A DNA stretch of 64,000 bases. Source: Bacteroidota bacterium. Lineage in GTDB: Bacteria > Bacteroidota > Bacteroidia > JABEUT01. The stretch lies in the NCBI GenBank assembly GCA_013289475.1, contig JABCZW010000006.1, positions 1,050 to 65,049 of the forward strand, written 5' to 3'. Position 1 is the first letter of the stretch, and every line of letters begins with the position of its first letter. Positions 28,501 to 37,445 of the stretch are shown one piece after another. The position numbers and the translations under genes are program-made. Below the pieces are notes generated by a model that was given only the letters and a program-made list of their open reading frames with translations, did not search any database and was not told the DNA's origin.

Positions 28501-28794
28501 GCTCCATTTAAAAAGCTCACCATAGAAATAAGCTCCTCCCAACGAGGTCATGCCGTAAAAACTTCCATCGCTGCCTTGCACCAGGTCGCCATAAGGGTTG
28601 TATCCATCAGGAGTTGAGAACGGTATATTAATACTGTCGTTCTGGGTAAGTGGGTTATAACAGAATAATACTCCTCCTCCGCTATCACCGGCAACAGTAG
28701 TCATGCCCCATAGGTTGCCGACTGTTTGTGCTGAAGTAACTAAAGGTAAGAAACTGAAAATGAACAGGGAAAGGATTAATGTAATTTTTCTCAT
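25600..28794 (-). CDS. Secreted GloVer-type tandem-repeat protein with Ig-like domains and T9SS type A C-terminal sorting domain
   Basis: About 14 copies of a roughly 47-aa unit (GG..G.GVIFKC...G..Y..LHSF.....DG..PYGSL....DG.LYGMT). The unit is followed by TYTW/TYTVTV Ig-like modules and YPNPVANTLNLDF...GLYFVKV. Start set at MRKITLILSLFIFSFLPLVTSAQ. Confidence 0.8.
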   Translation of the reverse strand: MRKITLILSLFIFSFLPLVTSAQTVGNLWGMTTVAGDSGGGVLFCYNPLTQNDSINIPFSTPDGYNPYGDLVQGSDGSFYGMTSLGGAYFYGELFKWSPSGGMKIIHSFGGITSDGRSPYGKVIIGNDGMLYGMTYSGGLNNDGVIFQCSTDGKTYNLLHTFSTNPTDGYNPYGSLVQGGNGMLYGMTYNGGLQGNGVIFKCSTNGLTFDTIHSFGVLSYDGQYPYGSLIIGKKDGMLYGMTNNGGPNGQGVIFKCDTINGIVYDTVHTFGILSNDNGYPEGDLVQAKNGTLYGLTYSGGLSNRGMIFKCSTNGAIYDSLHSFNVVSGDGRNPYGRLIFGADSSLYGLAYGGGLYSDGSIFKCDTTGTVYDTLYSFGSGKDGYYPYGSLVMGKDGNLYGMTEGGGSLNNGIIFSFNLTSDKENVAYNFGANVLGNSPSGKPIQGKDGNFYGMTSAGGQYGKGTIFKYTPSTGAMVVLHVFSGDTNDGGLPYGSLVMAHNGIFYGMTYKGGSYGYGSLFKVTPAGKFTLIHSFSYSSNDGGFPRGSLIFGHDGYLYGMSLYGGSSGSRGVIFNCDTLGNLTVMHSFSGSDGLYPSGDLIQSDNGTLYGMASSGGASNYGTIFKCTTAGTFNLLHSFTSNPDGAYPSGAPIFGSDSNLYALSYNGGANSNGSYFKCDTNNGSTESVLHSFLGSSTDGQHPNGGLLAASDGKFYGMTYYGGTKNFGSLFSADMAGTVTMEYSFTSSSDGSLPVGELTEMMSTSASSAPAGCSGTAASFSVRGAMAPLTYTWSNGSTSAIDTIKMAGTYTLSVTDSRGITVSTTVNISNSVVSVTAGNTSICKGSSTNLSASGAGGTPTLTYGWMPGSLSGTTPSVNPATTTTYTVTVTDGSGCKDSTTEKVTVNSLPVVSITGKDTILQGANDTLTATGGISYSWSGGGTSNPDIVSPASTQTYTVTVTNAQGCVNTDTIRVVVDITTGINSASVTNSTIAYPNPVANTLNLDFKVDATTEGKIEVCDVTGKAIVSSEQTISNGQAMHIDVSSLAPGLYFVKVVTGKQTQVIRFIKQ

Positions 28795-28976
28795 ATAAAT
28801 ATAATTTGCGGCGAAAGTAAATAATGTAATTAACATGCACATGCTTCAATACGACATTTATTTGGTGTTTTACTTTGAAATGAAGTACGGTTAATATTCT
28901 CTTGATTTTGCTTAATAAATATTTACATTAAATGATAGGGTACAACCGTCTGCTTTGATAAAATCAATATAACAAA

Positions 28977-30053
28977 CTAGTTCTTGTTGAATTGTTCTAT
29001 TATAAACTTAATCACATCCACTCCATCGGCATAATCCCACAATTTTGGAGATTGCGTTTCGCCTAAGCCTACAACTGGTATAGGTAAATTGCTAAGTTTT
29101 TTTGCAACCTTTTCAGATGTTGCAATACATTGTATATGTTCTTTCTGTTCTGATAAAGATTTACCTAAAACAGAAAGGTCTTTATACTTTTCGTAATGTA
29201 GCACTGCAATAGGTGAGGGGATGGCTTTATCTTCAATTACTGCCAGGAAATTATTATCGGTAAATATTTTTCCATCCATTAAAAATATGGTACGATTGTA
29301 GGTATAGTTATTGGCATACTTATTATGGTTAACTACATCCTGGAACTTTTCAATGGCTCTGAAAAATATGCCTAAATCATATCCATCCGGCACATACATT
29401 TTTGAAATGTTTCTGCAGCCCAAGCCGAAATAACCAAAGATATCTTCTCCCAGTTTACCTAACTCTTCAACTGTTTCAGTGCCGTCTAAAATAGCAATCC
29501 CGTTGCGGTTCTTACGTATGATATGCGGCACATTCCTGAAATAATATTCGAAATGGCGGGCGGTATTGTTGCTGCCTGTTGCAATAATGGCATTAGCTGA
29601 AGAAGAAAGTTTCTCAATGAATTGAATATGTTTCTCCCATTCATGTTCTATGGAGATAAGTTTCTTAGCAATGAATGTCAATAGTATATTGTCAGCGTGA
29701 GAGAGCTTCGCTTGTACATTGTTTCCTGTAATTAAAATGCATAAAAAGTCGTGGAAGCCAACAAGCGGAATATTACCAGCCATAACTACACTTATAGTTA
29801 TTGGCTTGGTATTTTCTTTTGCCAGTTCCGGATACATGGCCGCCCATTTCTCCAGCATAGCTGTATTTAACCAGGGCTCTATTCCACGAAGTGCACTTAA
29901 AATATTAGCTCTTGTAAACCAGCCATTTTGTTGCTCGGCAAGCCTGAGGGCAGTATTCCAGTCCTCGTGCTTTGCTGAAGTGGGGTCATTCAGGAACTCT
30001 CTTACCTGTTCGCCTAACTTGTTAAAACTCTTTATCGCTTCTGTTGGTTTCAT
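28977..30053 (-). CDS. LuxC-like acyl-CoA reductase family protein
   Basis: 358 aa from ATG 30053 (MKPTEAIKSFNKLGE). GLGCRNISKMYVP motif and overall resemblance to Bacteroidota proteins annotated acyl-CoA reductase. Recalled from memory, not searched. Confidence 0.5.
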   Translation of the reverse strand: MKPTEAIKSFNKLGEQVREFLNDPTSAKHEDWNTALRLAEQQNGWFTRANILSALRGIEPWLNTAMLEKWAAMYPELAKENTKPITISVVMAGNIPLVGFHDFLCILITGNNVQAKLSHADNILLTFIAKKLISIEHEWEKHIQFIEKLSSSANAIIATGSNNTARHFEYYFRNVPHIIRKNRNGIAILDGTETVEELGKLGEDIFGYFGLGCRNISKMYVPDGYDLGIFFRAIEKFQDVVNHNKYANNYTYNRTIFLMDGKIFTDNNFLAVIEDKAIPSPIAVLHYEKYKDLSVLGKSLSEQKEHIQCIATSEKVAKKLSNLPIPVVGLGETQSPKLWDYADGVDVIKFIIEQFNKN

Positions 30054-30123
30054 AGGCTTGCAAAAATAGCTTATTTCTAAAGTCAGGTTTTTGTATCTTT
30101 GCAGTCCTTTAACAAGAACTATT

Positions 30124-30471
30124 ATGGCTATTAGAATAACTGACGAATGTATTAACTGCGGGGCTTGCGAGCCCGAGTGTCCCAATAATGCAATATATGA
30201 AGGCGGAAGCGAATGGCGCTTTGGCGACGGAACAACCCTTAAAGGTATGTACACCAGCAAGAGTGGTTTTACAACTGATGCCGATGCTCCCCAGAACCCT
30301 GTAGAATTAGATAGGTACTATATAGTTTCTGATAAATGCACCGAGTGTAAGGGTTTTCACGATGAGCCGCAATGCGCATCGGTATGCCCTGTAGACTGCT
30401 GTATTTTAGATGATTCGCATAAGGAAACGGAGGAACAGCTTCTTGCCAAGAAAGCTTCACTTCACATTTGA
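30124..30471 (+). CDS. 4Fe-4S dicluster ferredoxin
   Basis: MAIRITDECINCGACEPECP and CTECKGFHDEPQCASVCP cluster motifs. Start moved to ATG 30124. Confidence 0.85.
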   Translation: MAIRITDECINCGACEPECPNNAIYEGGSEWRFGDGTTLKGMYTSKSGFTTDADAPQNPVELDRYYIVSDKCTECKGFHDEPQCASVCPVDCCILDDSHKETEEQLLAKKASLHI

Positions 30472-32939
30472 GGCTCGGAAGAAGAGGACAAAGCTTTTAA
30501 TTTCTCATCAAGCTGCATAAAGTCTTTTATCATGACTTCACGCGCTTTGCTGCCCTCAAAAGCACCAATGATTCCGGCTGCCTGTAACTGATCTATTATC
30601 CTTCCGGCACGGTTATAGCCAATCTTTAATCTTCTTTGCAATAATGATGCTGAACCCTGTTGGGTTTCTACCACGATACGGGCACATTGATCGAAGAGCG
30701 CATCTTTTTCATTGGCGCTGAATTCAGCCTGACCGTTTTCATCGCCTTCTTCCACATATTCCGGTAGCTGGAACGCACTTGGGTAGGCTTGCTGAGCTCC
30801 TATATAATCGGTTATTTCTTCCACTTCGTTGGTGCTTACAAAAGCGCATTGTAAGCGTATCAGGTCGCTTCCGGTAGCCAATAACATATCGCCACGGCCA
30901 ATTAATTGGTCAGCCCCACCTGAGTCAAGTATGGTGCGGGAATCAATCTTGGATATTACCCGGAAAGCTATACGTGCAGGGAAGTTGGCTTTAATCGTTC
31001 CTGTAATAATATTTACCGATGGGCGCTGGGTGGCAATAATTAAGTGTATACCAATAGCACGTGCTAACTGTGCTAACCTGGCAATTGGTGTTTCTACTTC
31101 CTTACCTGCGGTCATAATTAAGTCAGCAAACTCATCAACAATCAGCACTATATATGGCAGGTACTTGTGGCCTTTTTCAGGGTTAAGTCTGCGGGCCACA
31201 AATTTTTCATTGTACTCTTTTATATTACGTACCTGTGCGTCTTTCAATAAGTCATAACGCTGGTCCATTTCAATACACAAAGAGTTCAGTGTGTGTATTA
31301 CTTTTTTAGTATCCGTAATAATTGCTTCGCCCGAATTAGGTAATTTAGCTAAGAAGTGTCTTTCAATCTTATTAAAGAGTGTAAGCTCAACTTTTTTAGG
31401 GTCAACCAATACAAACTTAATTTGCGATGGATGCTTTTTGTAAAGCAATGAAACAAGCACAGCATTCAACCCAACAGATTTACCTTGCCCTGTCGAGCCC
31501 GCCATAAGCAAGTGAGGCATTTTTGCTAAATCTATTACAAACGGCTGGTCCGATATTGTTTTACCTAAGCCAATTGGCAGCTCCATACCTGCTTTCTGAA
31601 ACTGGTCTGATGCTAAAATAGATTTCATAGAAACCATTCCCGGGTTGCGGTTGGGCACTTCAATACCTATTGTGCCTTGCCCCGGCATAGGTGCTATAAT
31701 ACGAATACCCAATGCAGAAAGACTAAGCGCAATATCATCTTCCAAATTTTTGATCTTCGAAATACGTGTTCCATCTTGCGGAACAATTTCATAAAGTGTT
31801 ACAGTAGGCCCGGGAGTAGCTTTAATTTTCTTGATACCAATGCTGTAATTGGCTAGTGTTGCCACAATCCTGTCTTTGTTAGCAGTTAACTCTTCCTGGT
31901 CTATTTGTACGCTTTCCTTGCCATAGTCTTGCAATAAACTTAGCGGAGGAAACTTATAGTCTGACAAGTCAAGAGTAGGGTCGTAGGGTGAAGAAGAAAT
32001 TTCTATTTTTTCGTCCGTAATCTTTGTGTCGATTACTGGCTCCGGCGCTTTTTCAATAGAGAATTCAACTTTCTCAACAGGCTTTACTTCAGGTGTTTTT
32101 TTTTCTTCCACTACCGGCTTAACGGGCTCAACATTAAACTCTATTGATACAGGCGGAGGAACATCTTTAACAATATTCTTGGGCTTCTCTGTTTTTAAAA
32201 CAGGCTCTTCTATATCGTGTCTTTCATTTTCCAGAGGTTCTGTTTCTTCCTCTTCTTCAACTTCAGGTTCGGTAGCAGGCTTTTTAAACGAAGGGACTTT
32301 TATAAGATTATTAATTAGCAGGAAAGCCAGGCCCACAAAAGAAAGCGAAAGCAATGTGCCAACTCTTCCAATCATTCCATCGAGCCACGAAGCGGAGAAA
32401 TAGCCAACGCCACCACCCATAAACTGGCGGTTTTGCTGGAAAAAATATCCAAACATTACGCAGGTCCAAAGCATTACAAATAATGTAATGCGAAGAGTCT
32501 TTGCAAAGGGCAGTAAAGTAATATTCAGTAATAGTTTTACTCCGGTAAGGAAGAATATTAATGCAAAACCATATGCAGCAATACCAAACCAGTGGTATAT
32601 AAATATGCTGGATAGAAGGGCACCAAAGTTGCCCAGCCAGTTTGCTGTTTTTACACTGGTAGAAAGCAAAGCACTCACTGGGCCGCTGACTTTATCATAA
32701 TCAACCTGCCAGGTAAAAAGGAATGAAGTAAAAGCCAGGAGAAGGCAAACCGAGAAAAGAATAAATGCCAAGCCCGATAACTGGGCAATCTTATACCGCT
32801 CCAGCCAATCTTTAATGCGCTGCATACGGGGGCCGCTTTCAGCAGGTTTTTTATCTTGTTTTTTCTCAACAACCTCTTCTTCTTTCTCCTTTTCAGGTTT
32901 AGAATCTTCTTTGAGCTTATTTGAATATCGCTTGGGCAT
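30462..32939 (-). CDS. ftsK: DNA translocase FtsK/SpoIIIE
   Basis: N-terminal TM helices, Pro/Glu-rich linker, Walker A GSTGQGKS, IVDEFADL, and a C-terminal gamma domain (LLQRRLKIGYNRAGRIIDQL). Confidence 0.95.
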   Translation of the reverse strand: MPKRYSNKLKEDSKPEKEKEEEVVEKKQDKKPAESGPRMQRIKDWLERYKIAQLSGLAFILFSVCLLLAFTSFLFTWQVDYDKVSGPVSALLSTSVKTANWLGNFGALLSSIFIYHWFGIAAYGFALIFFLTGVKLLLNITLLPFAKTLRITLFVMLWTCVMFGYFFQQNRQFMGGGVGYFSASWLDGMIGRVGTLLSLSFVGLAFLLINNLIKVPSFKKPATEPEVEEEEETEPLENERHDIEEPVLKTEKPKNIVKDVPPPVSIEFNVEPVKPVVEEKKTPEVKPVEKVEFSIEKAPEPVIDTKITDEKIEISSSPYDPTLDLSDYKFPPLSLLQDYGKESVQIDQEELTANKDRIVATLANYSIGIKKIKATPGPTVTLYEIVPQDGTRISKIKNLEDDIALSLSALGIRIIAPMPGQGTIGIEVPNRNPGMVSMKSILASDQFQKAGMELPIGLGKTISDQPFVIDLAKMPHLLMAGSTGQGKSVGLNAVLVSLLYKKHPSQIKFVLVDPKKVELTLFNKIERHFLAKLPNSGEAIITDTKKVIHTLNSLCIEMDQRYDLLKDAQVRNIKEYNEKFVARRLNPEKGHKYLPYIVLIVDEFADLIMTAGKEVETPIARLAQLARAIGIHLIIATQRPSVNIITGTIKANFPARIAFRVISKIDSRTILDSGGADQLIGRGDMLLATGSDLIRLQCAFVSTNEVEEITDYIGAQQAYPSAFQLPEYVEEGDENGQAEFSANEKDALFDQCARIVVETQQGSASLLQRRLKIGYNRAGRIIDQLQAAGIIGAFEGSKAREVMIKDFMQLDEKLKALSSSSEPQM

Positions 32940-33078
32940 AAAATGTATAATCTATCAAAAATAAGGTAAGCATACCCTTTATATAACGTTAAAGGCTTTA
33001 TTTTATTCACTTGTATATGTGAAAAACCTAAAGAATATCTACCTTTAATGTTTAAATTCATATCATTAACCCACTAAT

Positions 33079-33900
33079 GTGAAGATATCTTTTAAAATAC
33101 TGGTAACAGGAACGATTGTATTTCTGATGGCTGCTTGTCACAATTCATCGGTAAAACAAAAAAGTAAGCCTGATTCTTCACATGAGAATCAAGCTTCAGA
33201 AAAATTCGGAAAAATTTCCTCCTTGCATGATACTGTTGGTTTGTTAAAGCTTTTTAAATCAATTGCAATTATCAAAAATGTGGCATATTATCGGGATTCT
33301 TCAGGTGTTTTAATAGGTGATGCTATTAATGCAATTATGAAGATGCCCATAAAGCAACAAGAAAGATATGTTGTATTATTTGTGTCATCTCGCTTCGATA
33401 GTATTGGAAAGCCTGGGCTTCGTTGCTTTGTAGACCCCGGAATTGTAAGTATGGCAGAAGTGGATAACATTGATGGAGTATATAGAGTAACAGGCTTTTC
33501 AAGCCATTTTGATTCAGTTGGTGCAAATGGAAATCCGGGACAATTTTCGTTGGAAAAATTCGGAACCGAAAATTATCTTCTTCATATTTCCAGCGCGGTG
33601 GAAGGGCAGGGAGAAGTTTATGGGTTGGAAGAATACTTTGATATTCCTAAATGTGATAAAGTTTTTGAAATGGATAATTATGATAATGAAGATGCTTGGG
33701 GAGCAAATGATAAAGATTTTAAGAAGATAGAAAGGGAAATAAAGAATATTCCGATGGCAAATACCCAATATGATGATTTGGAAGTAACGACTACAATTAC
33801 TCGCTATAATACGAAAACCAGAAGAAATTATTCTGTGATTTCGAAAAAGTACTATCACATGGATGATAGAGCAAATAAATATAAAGAGTTCAAGAAATAG
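33079..33900 (+). CDS. Hypothetical lipoprotein
   Basis: GTG start and lipobox FLMAAC. AT-rich, and no family recognised. Confidence 0.5.
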   Translation: MKISFKILVTGTIVFLMAACHNSSVKQKSKPDSSHENQASEKFGKISSLHDTVGLLKLFKSIAIIKNVAYYRDSSGVLIGDAINAIMKMPIKQQERYVVLFVSSRFDSIGKPGLRCFVDPGIVSMAEVDNIDGVYRVTGFSSHFDSVGANGNPGQFSLEKFGTENYLLHISSAVEGQGEVYGLEEYFDIPKCDKVFEMDNYDNEDAWGANDKDFKKIEREIKNIPMANTQYDDLEVTTTITRYNTKTRRNYSVISKKYYHMDDRANKYKEFKK

Positions 33901-33936
33901 TTCTTCGTAATAAAGCCCTATCAGGGCAATATATAA

Positions 33937-35166
33937 TTAAGCTGTCTTTTTGATGCCCTTTGAGGCAAACACCCTGACAGGATACCATGATGAGAAGAGG
34001 CCAATGACAAACACCGCTACAAAAACATTCAGGTAATCGCTTAGTTGCAGGCTAACCGGGTAAGCATCAACTACAAAGCCCTGGTTAAAACGTATGAGTT
34101 TAAATTTTATCTGTACCAGGCAAATTGCAGTGCCAATTATAAGGCCAATAGCAGCACCGACAAAGGTAATTAACAAGCCTTCGAAGAGAAATATTTTTTG
34201 AATGGAGTTATTATCCACACCCATTTTCCATAGTATATCAATGTCTTTTTCTTTATCGAGAATAAGCATAGATAGGGAGCCGACGATATTAAATGTAGCT
34301 ATGATTAACACCATAGCAAGTATTATGAAAGTGAGTAGCTTCTCCGTTTTCAGCGTCCGGAATAATTTATCGTTTTGTTCCTCTCGGTCCTTAACCTTAA
34401 AATCGGGGCCAAGTGTTTCTTTTATTTTTTGTTTTACCTGTCCTATATCTGCATTCTTTGCAAGCCCGACTTCAATACTGCTGACCGAACTGTCTTTGTA
34501 ATCAAATAATGAGCGTGTAAAACCTATGGAGGAAATTACATAACCATAGTCAAACTCATCATTAATAGAAAACATTCCTGCGGGGTAAATATGTTTCTCG
34601 GTTATAGCATCTTCGGGATTGGCTGAGCCTTGCTGTATACCACGCTTGGGTGCATAACAGGTTATAGATGTATAATCATCATTGGTTTGGCCAAAGTTTA
34701 GGGTATAACCAATCCCTCTTCCAAAAACGCCATAGTCTAACTGACCTTGTTGCAATGAGAATTTCCCTTGCCTCATCAGGGTATCAAATTGGGTCATGGC
34801 TCTGAAATTATTGCTGACACCTTTTACCATCGCTAATGTCTGCTTGCCATTAACGGATAACAGTGCCCTATCCTGCATTACTTGTGTAACATATTTTACA
34901 CCCTCATAATGTTTTATGCTTTCAAATTTTGGTCCGTTGGGGATAAATGTTTTGCCTTTTACGGCAGTAATTTGTATATCAGCTCCGAATGAATTATAAA
35001 GCGAACGGACAAGGTTTGATATGCCGTTAAAAGCAGAAAGCACTATAATAAGTGCCATGGTACCGATAGCAATACCACCCAATGCTACACCCGAAATGAT
35101 GTTAATGGCGTTGTGCGATTTTTTAGATACTAAATACCGACGTGCTATAAATAGAGACAGGTTCAT
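33937..35166 (-). CDS. FtsX-like ABC transporter permease (LolC/LolE family)
   Basis: MNLSLFIARRYLVSKKSHNAINIISGVALGGIAIG start, a large periplasmic loop and three C-terminal TM helices. Confidence 0.85.
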   Translation of the reverse strand: MNLSLFIARRYLVSKKSHNAINIISGVALGGIAIGTMALIIVLSAFNGISNLVRSLYNSFGADIQITAVKGKTFIPNGPKFESIKHYEGVKYVTQVMQDRALLSVNGKQTLAMVKGVSNNFRAMTQFDTLMRQGKFSLQQGQLDYGVFGRGIGYTLNFGQTNDDYTSITCYAPKRGIQQGSANPEDAITEKHIYPAGMFSINDEFDYGYVISSIGFTRSLFDYKDSSVSSIEVGLAKNADIGQVKQKIKETLGPDFKVKDREEQNDKLFRTLKTEKLLTFIILAMVLIIATFNIVGSLSMLILDKEKDIDILWKMGVDNNSIQKIFLFEGLLITFVGAAIGLIIGTAICLVQIKFKLIRFNQGFVVDAYPVSLQLSDYLNVFVAVFVIGLFSSWYPVRVFASKGIKKTA

Positions 35167-35210
35167 ATTACAAAAGTAAGAAAGATGGAAGATAAAGTAG
35201 GCTCTGCTTT

Positions 35211-36413
35211 CTACTTAGATAAGCTAAAGTTGGTGGTAAATACAAGTCCGTTTTGATTTTTAAAGCTGTGTGCAGCTTCTAATTGCCCGCATAATAACTC
35301 TATAAGTGTTATACCTAACGAATCTTTAATTGGCTTTTCGTCGTTGGCAAACCCGGGGCCATTGTCGGACATTATAATCTCAATTACATTTTCATTTTTT
35401 CTTACAATAACGCTTAATTCCAATATGCTGTTTTTTCTGTACGCATGTTTTAACGAGTTTGTCAAAACTTCGTTAATAATCAGGCTGCATGGTATGGCTA
35501 TATCGAGACTAAGTAAGCAATCATCTGCCTGAATCTTGAGTTTTACAAATTTTTCCAGTGAATAGGAGCTGACAAGCTCTTCTGCCAGTTCGCTAATGTA
35601 TTCCTGGAAATCCACCTTTCTCATGGAGCTGCTTCCGTAAACTTTTTGATGTATCAACGCCATGGAATATACTCTGTGTTTGCTGTCTTCCAGCGCTTCC
35701 CTGGCTTCGTCGGTGGTGCATAGGTCTTTCTTTAAATTTAACAGGCTCGTAATTACGTTCATGTTGTTTTTTACCCTGTGGTTAATTTCAGCCAACAGTG
35801 TTTCTTTTTCTTTCAGCAATGCATTCAGTTCAAACTCCTGTTTTGAGTTTTGATTTACAATAATACCGGTAACTATAAGTGTCAGAAAGGAGCTGAATAA
35901 TATATTAATTCCTCTCACCATAACTATTTCCGGATGAGGAAGTCTACTGTCAAACCACCGTAACGTATAGCCTATAATTCCGAGAAGTAGAAATGCAAAG
36001 AGCATAGTAAACAACGCAATTACATTTTTCTGTATTTCTTTTCTCCTGATTAACATCAACAGGCTTATTGTTAAGGGAATAAGAAAAAGATAGGGCTCGC
36101 ATTCCTCGCCCATTTTTAATGTAAAAAAAAAGAGAAGGCTTAGTATTATCAGGTAAAAAAAGTACAGCGCCCATATATAATTAACCCGTGCATTAATAAA
36201 AATAATGAGGGGCAATAAAGCAATTGCAATAGCATGCTCCCCTATGAAATGGTAATTGCCTAAACTTATATATGTTGCAATACCCATTAATAAAGCGCCT
36301 ATGGAAGCCAGCGTTATATAGTTGAGGTTGCGGGTAAGGTATTTTTCCCATGGCAAATAGCCTGGCTTTACACCCAGTTCTCCCACGCTATTAAGCCAAC
36401 GATACAATGACAT
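35211..36413 (-). CDS. Membrane sensor histidine kinase (HisKA_2 type), no adjacent response regulator
   Basis: 5-6 N-terminal TM helices, H-box EINHRVKNNMNVITSLLNL, then HATPase (NSLKHAY...DNGPGF). Confidence 0.8.
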   Translation of the reverse strand: MSLYRWLNSVGELGVKPGYLPWEKYLTRNLNYITLASIGALLMGIATYISLGNYHFIGEHAIAIALLPLIIFINARVNYIWALYFFYLIILSLLFFFTLKMGEECEPYLFLIPLTISLLMLIRRKEIQKNVIALFTMLFAFLLLGIIGYTLRWFDSRLPHPEIVMVRGINILFSSFLTLIVTGIIVNQNSKQEFELNALLKEKETLLAEINHRVKNNMNVITSLLNLKKDLCTTDEAREALEDSKHRVYSMALIHQKVYGSSSMRKVDFQEYISELAEELVSSYSLEKFVKLKIQADDCLLSLDIAIPCSLIINEVLTNSLKHAYRKNSILELSVIVRKNENVIEIIMSDNGPGFANDEKPIKDSLGITLIELLCGQLEAAHSFKNQNGLVFTTNFSLSK

Positions 36414-36519
36414 TCAGGTAGATATGATTTAACTAAGGTCGGTTTTTTTAATGTAATAAAGTGACTCCTTGCGTTCAGCGGATTTTAACGCCTTTACATC
36501 GTGAAAAAATAAGGATATA

Positions 36520-37326
36520 TTATTTCCAGGCCTTCACTATCAACCCTGTGCCTTTGACATGTTTGCCATCGGTATCCATTTGATTTAGGATGAGGCAAAA
36601 GGGGAATGTAATAAGGTAGTAGAATGGCAGCAAAATGATAAACGCCTTGGTTACCGATAATATTTTCATCGGGTATTTCATAGATAATACCCATGCAATG
36701 TGGCCGGGTACTCCATATGAATAGCGGGCTTCTACTTTAGTAAAGCCACCCGTTTTAAGCTTGTCCTCTATTTCTTTAATATTATACCCGTTGCGAACGT
36801 GTTCACCAATAAATGAACCGTCTTCTGAACTATCGGCATCAGAGCCGCCCTGGTCAGATGGAGTAGAGATAAGCAACATGCCGCCTTTGCGTAATGATGC
36901 ATTAATATTTTTAAATACCTGCACATCTTCCAGTATATGTTCCATTACATCTACTGATAAAGCAAAGTCATAGCTCTCCGGTTTACTGAATTTGGTAAGG
37001 TCAGCCACTTCAAATTTTACATTGGTCTTGCCGCATTTCGAAAAGAAGTTGTTGCAATCTGCAATCTGGTCATCTTTTACATCAACACCTAAAATATTCC
37101 AGTCGGGGTGCTTGCGTGCCATATACCATGAGTATTGACCGAAGCCTGAACCGGCATCTAAAATATCAACCTTGGCAGGGGCAGTTTTCTCCCAAATGCG
37201 AAGTTCCTTATGTATATGCCATGTGCGTAAGAGCAAGAGATCGAGCAGGCGGTAAAATAATTTACGCATGCCCGGCGACATATTGAAAAATACACCTAGT
37301 TTATTTTTAATCGGGTCGTATTCCAT
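36520..37326 (-). CDS. Class I SAM-dependent methyltransferase with hydrophobic C-terminal tail
   Basis: ILDAGSGFGQYS motif I and DFALSVDVMEHI. The last 60 aa or so are hydrophobic (FIILLPFYYLITFPFCLIL). Confidence 0.75.
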   Translation of the reverse strand: MEYDPIKNKLGVFFNMSPGMRKLFYRLLDLLLLRTWHIHKELRIWEKTAPAKVDILDAGSGFGQYSWYMARKHPDWNILGVDVKDDQIADCNNFFSKCGKTNVKFEVADLTKFSKPESYDFALSVDVMEHILEDVQVFKNINASLRKGGMLLISTPSDQGGSDADSSEDGSFIGEHVRNGYNIKEIEDKLKTGGFTKVEARYSYGVPGHIAWVLSMKYPMKILSVTKAFIILLPFYYLITFPFCLILNQMDTDGKHVKGTGLIVKAWK

Positions 37327-37445
37327 AGAAACTTAAACGGTTAATTGCAGAAATGCTGAAAGTGCGCCAAAAATAAGGTTTTTTTTGTTCTTGTTTTCTA
37401 CAGAATGTTTCTACCAAAAAATAAAACTATTTTAGTGGCAGTTTT

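Noticed and set aside
28795-28842. N-terminal extension of the GloVer protein (MCMLITLFTFAANYIY)
   Set aside because: A canonical signal peptide begins at the internal Met (MRKITLILSLFIFSFLPLVTSAQ).
30054-30260. 69-aa N-terminal extension of the LuxC-like ORF, and the 11-aa extension of the ferredoxin ORF (30091-30123)
   Set aside because: The extensions overlap each other on opposite strands and have poor composition. The conserved-looking N-termini start at ATG 30053 and ATG 30124.
33335-33858. Overlapping ORFs inside and antisense to the 33079-33900 lipoprotein gene
   Set aside because: This stretch is AT-rich and generates spurious Ile/Phe/Lys-rich frames. Only the plus frame has a lipoprotein signal and balanced composition.
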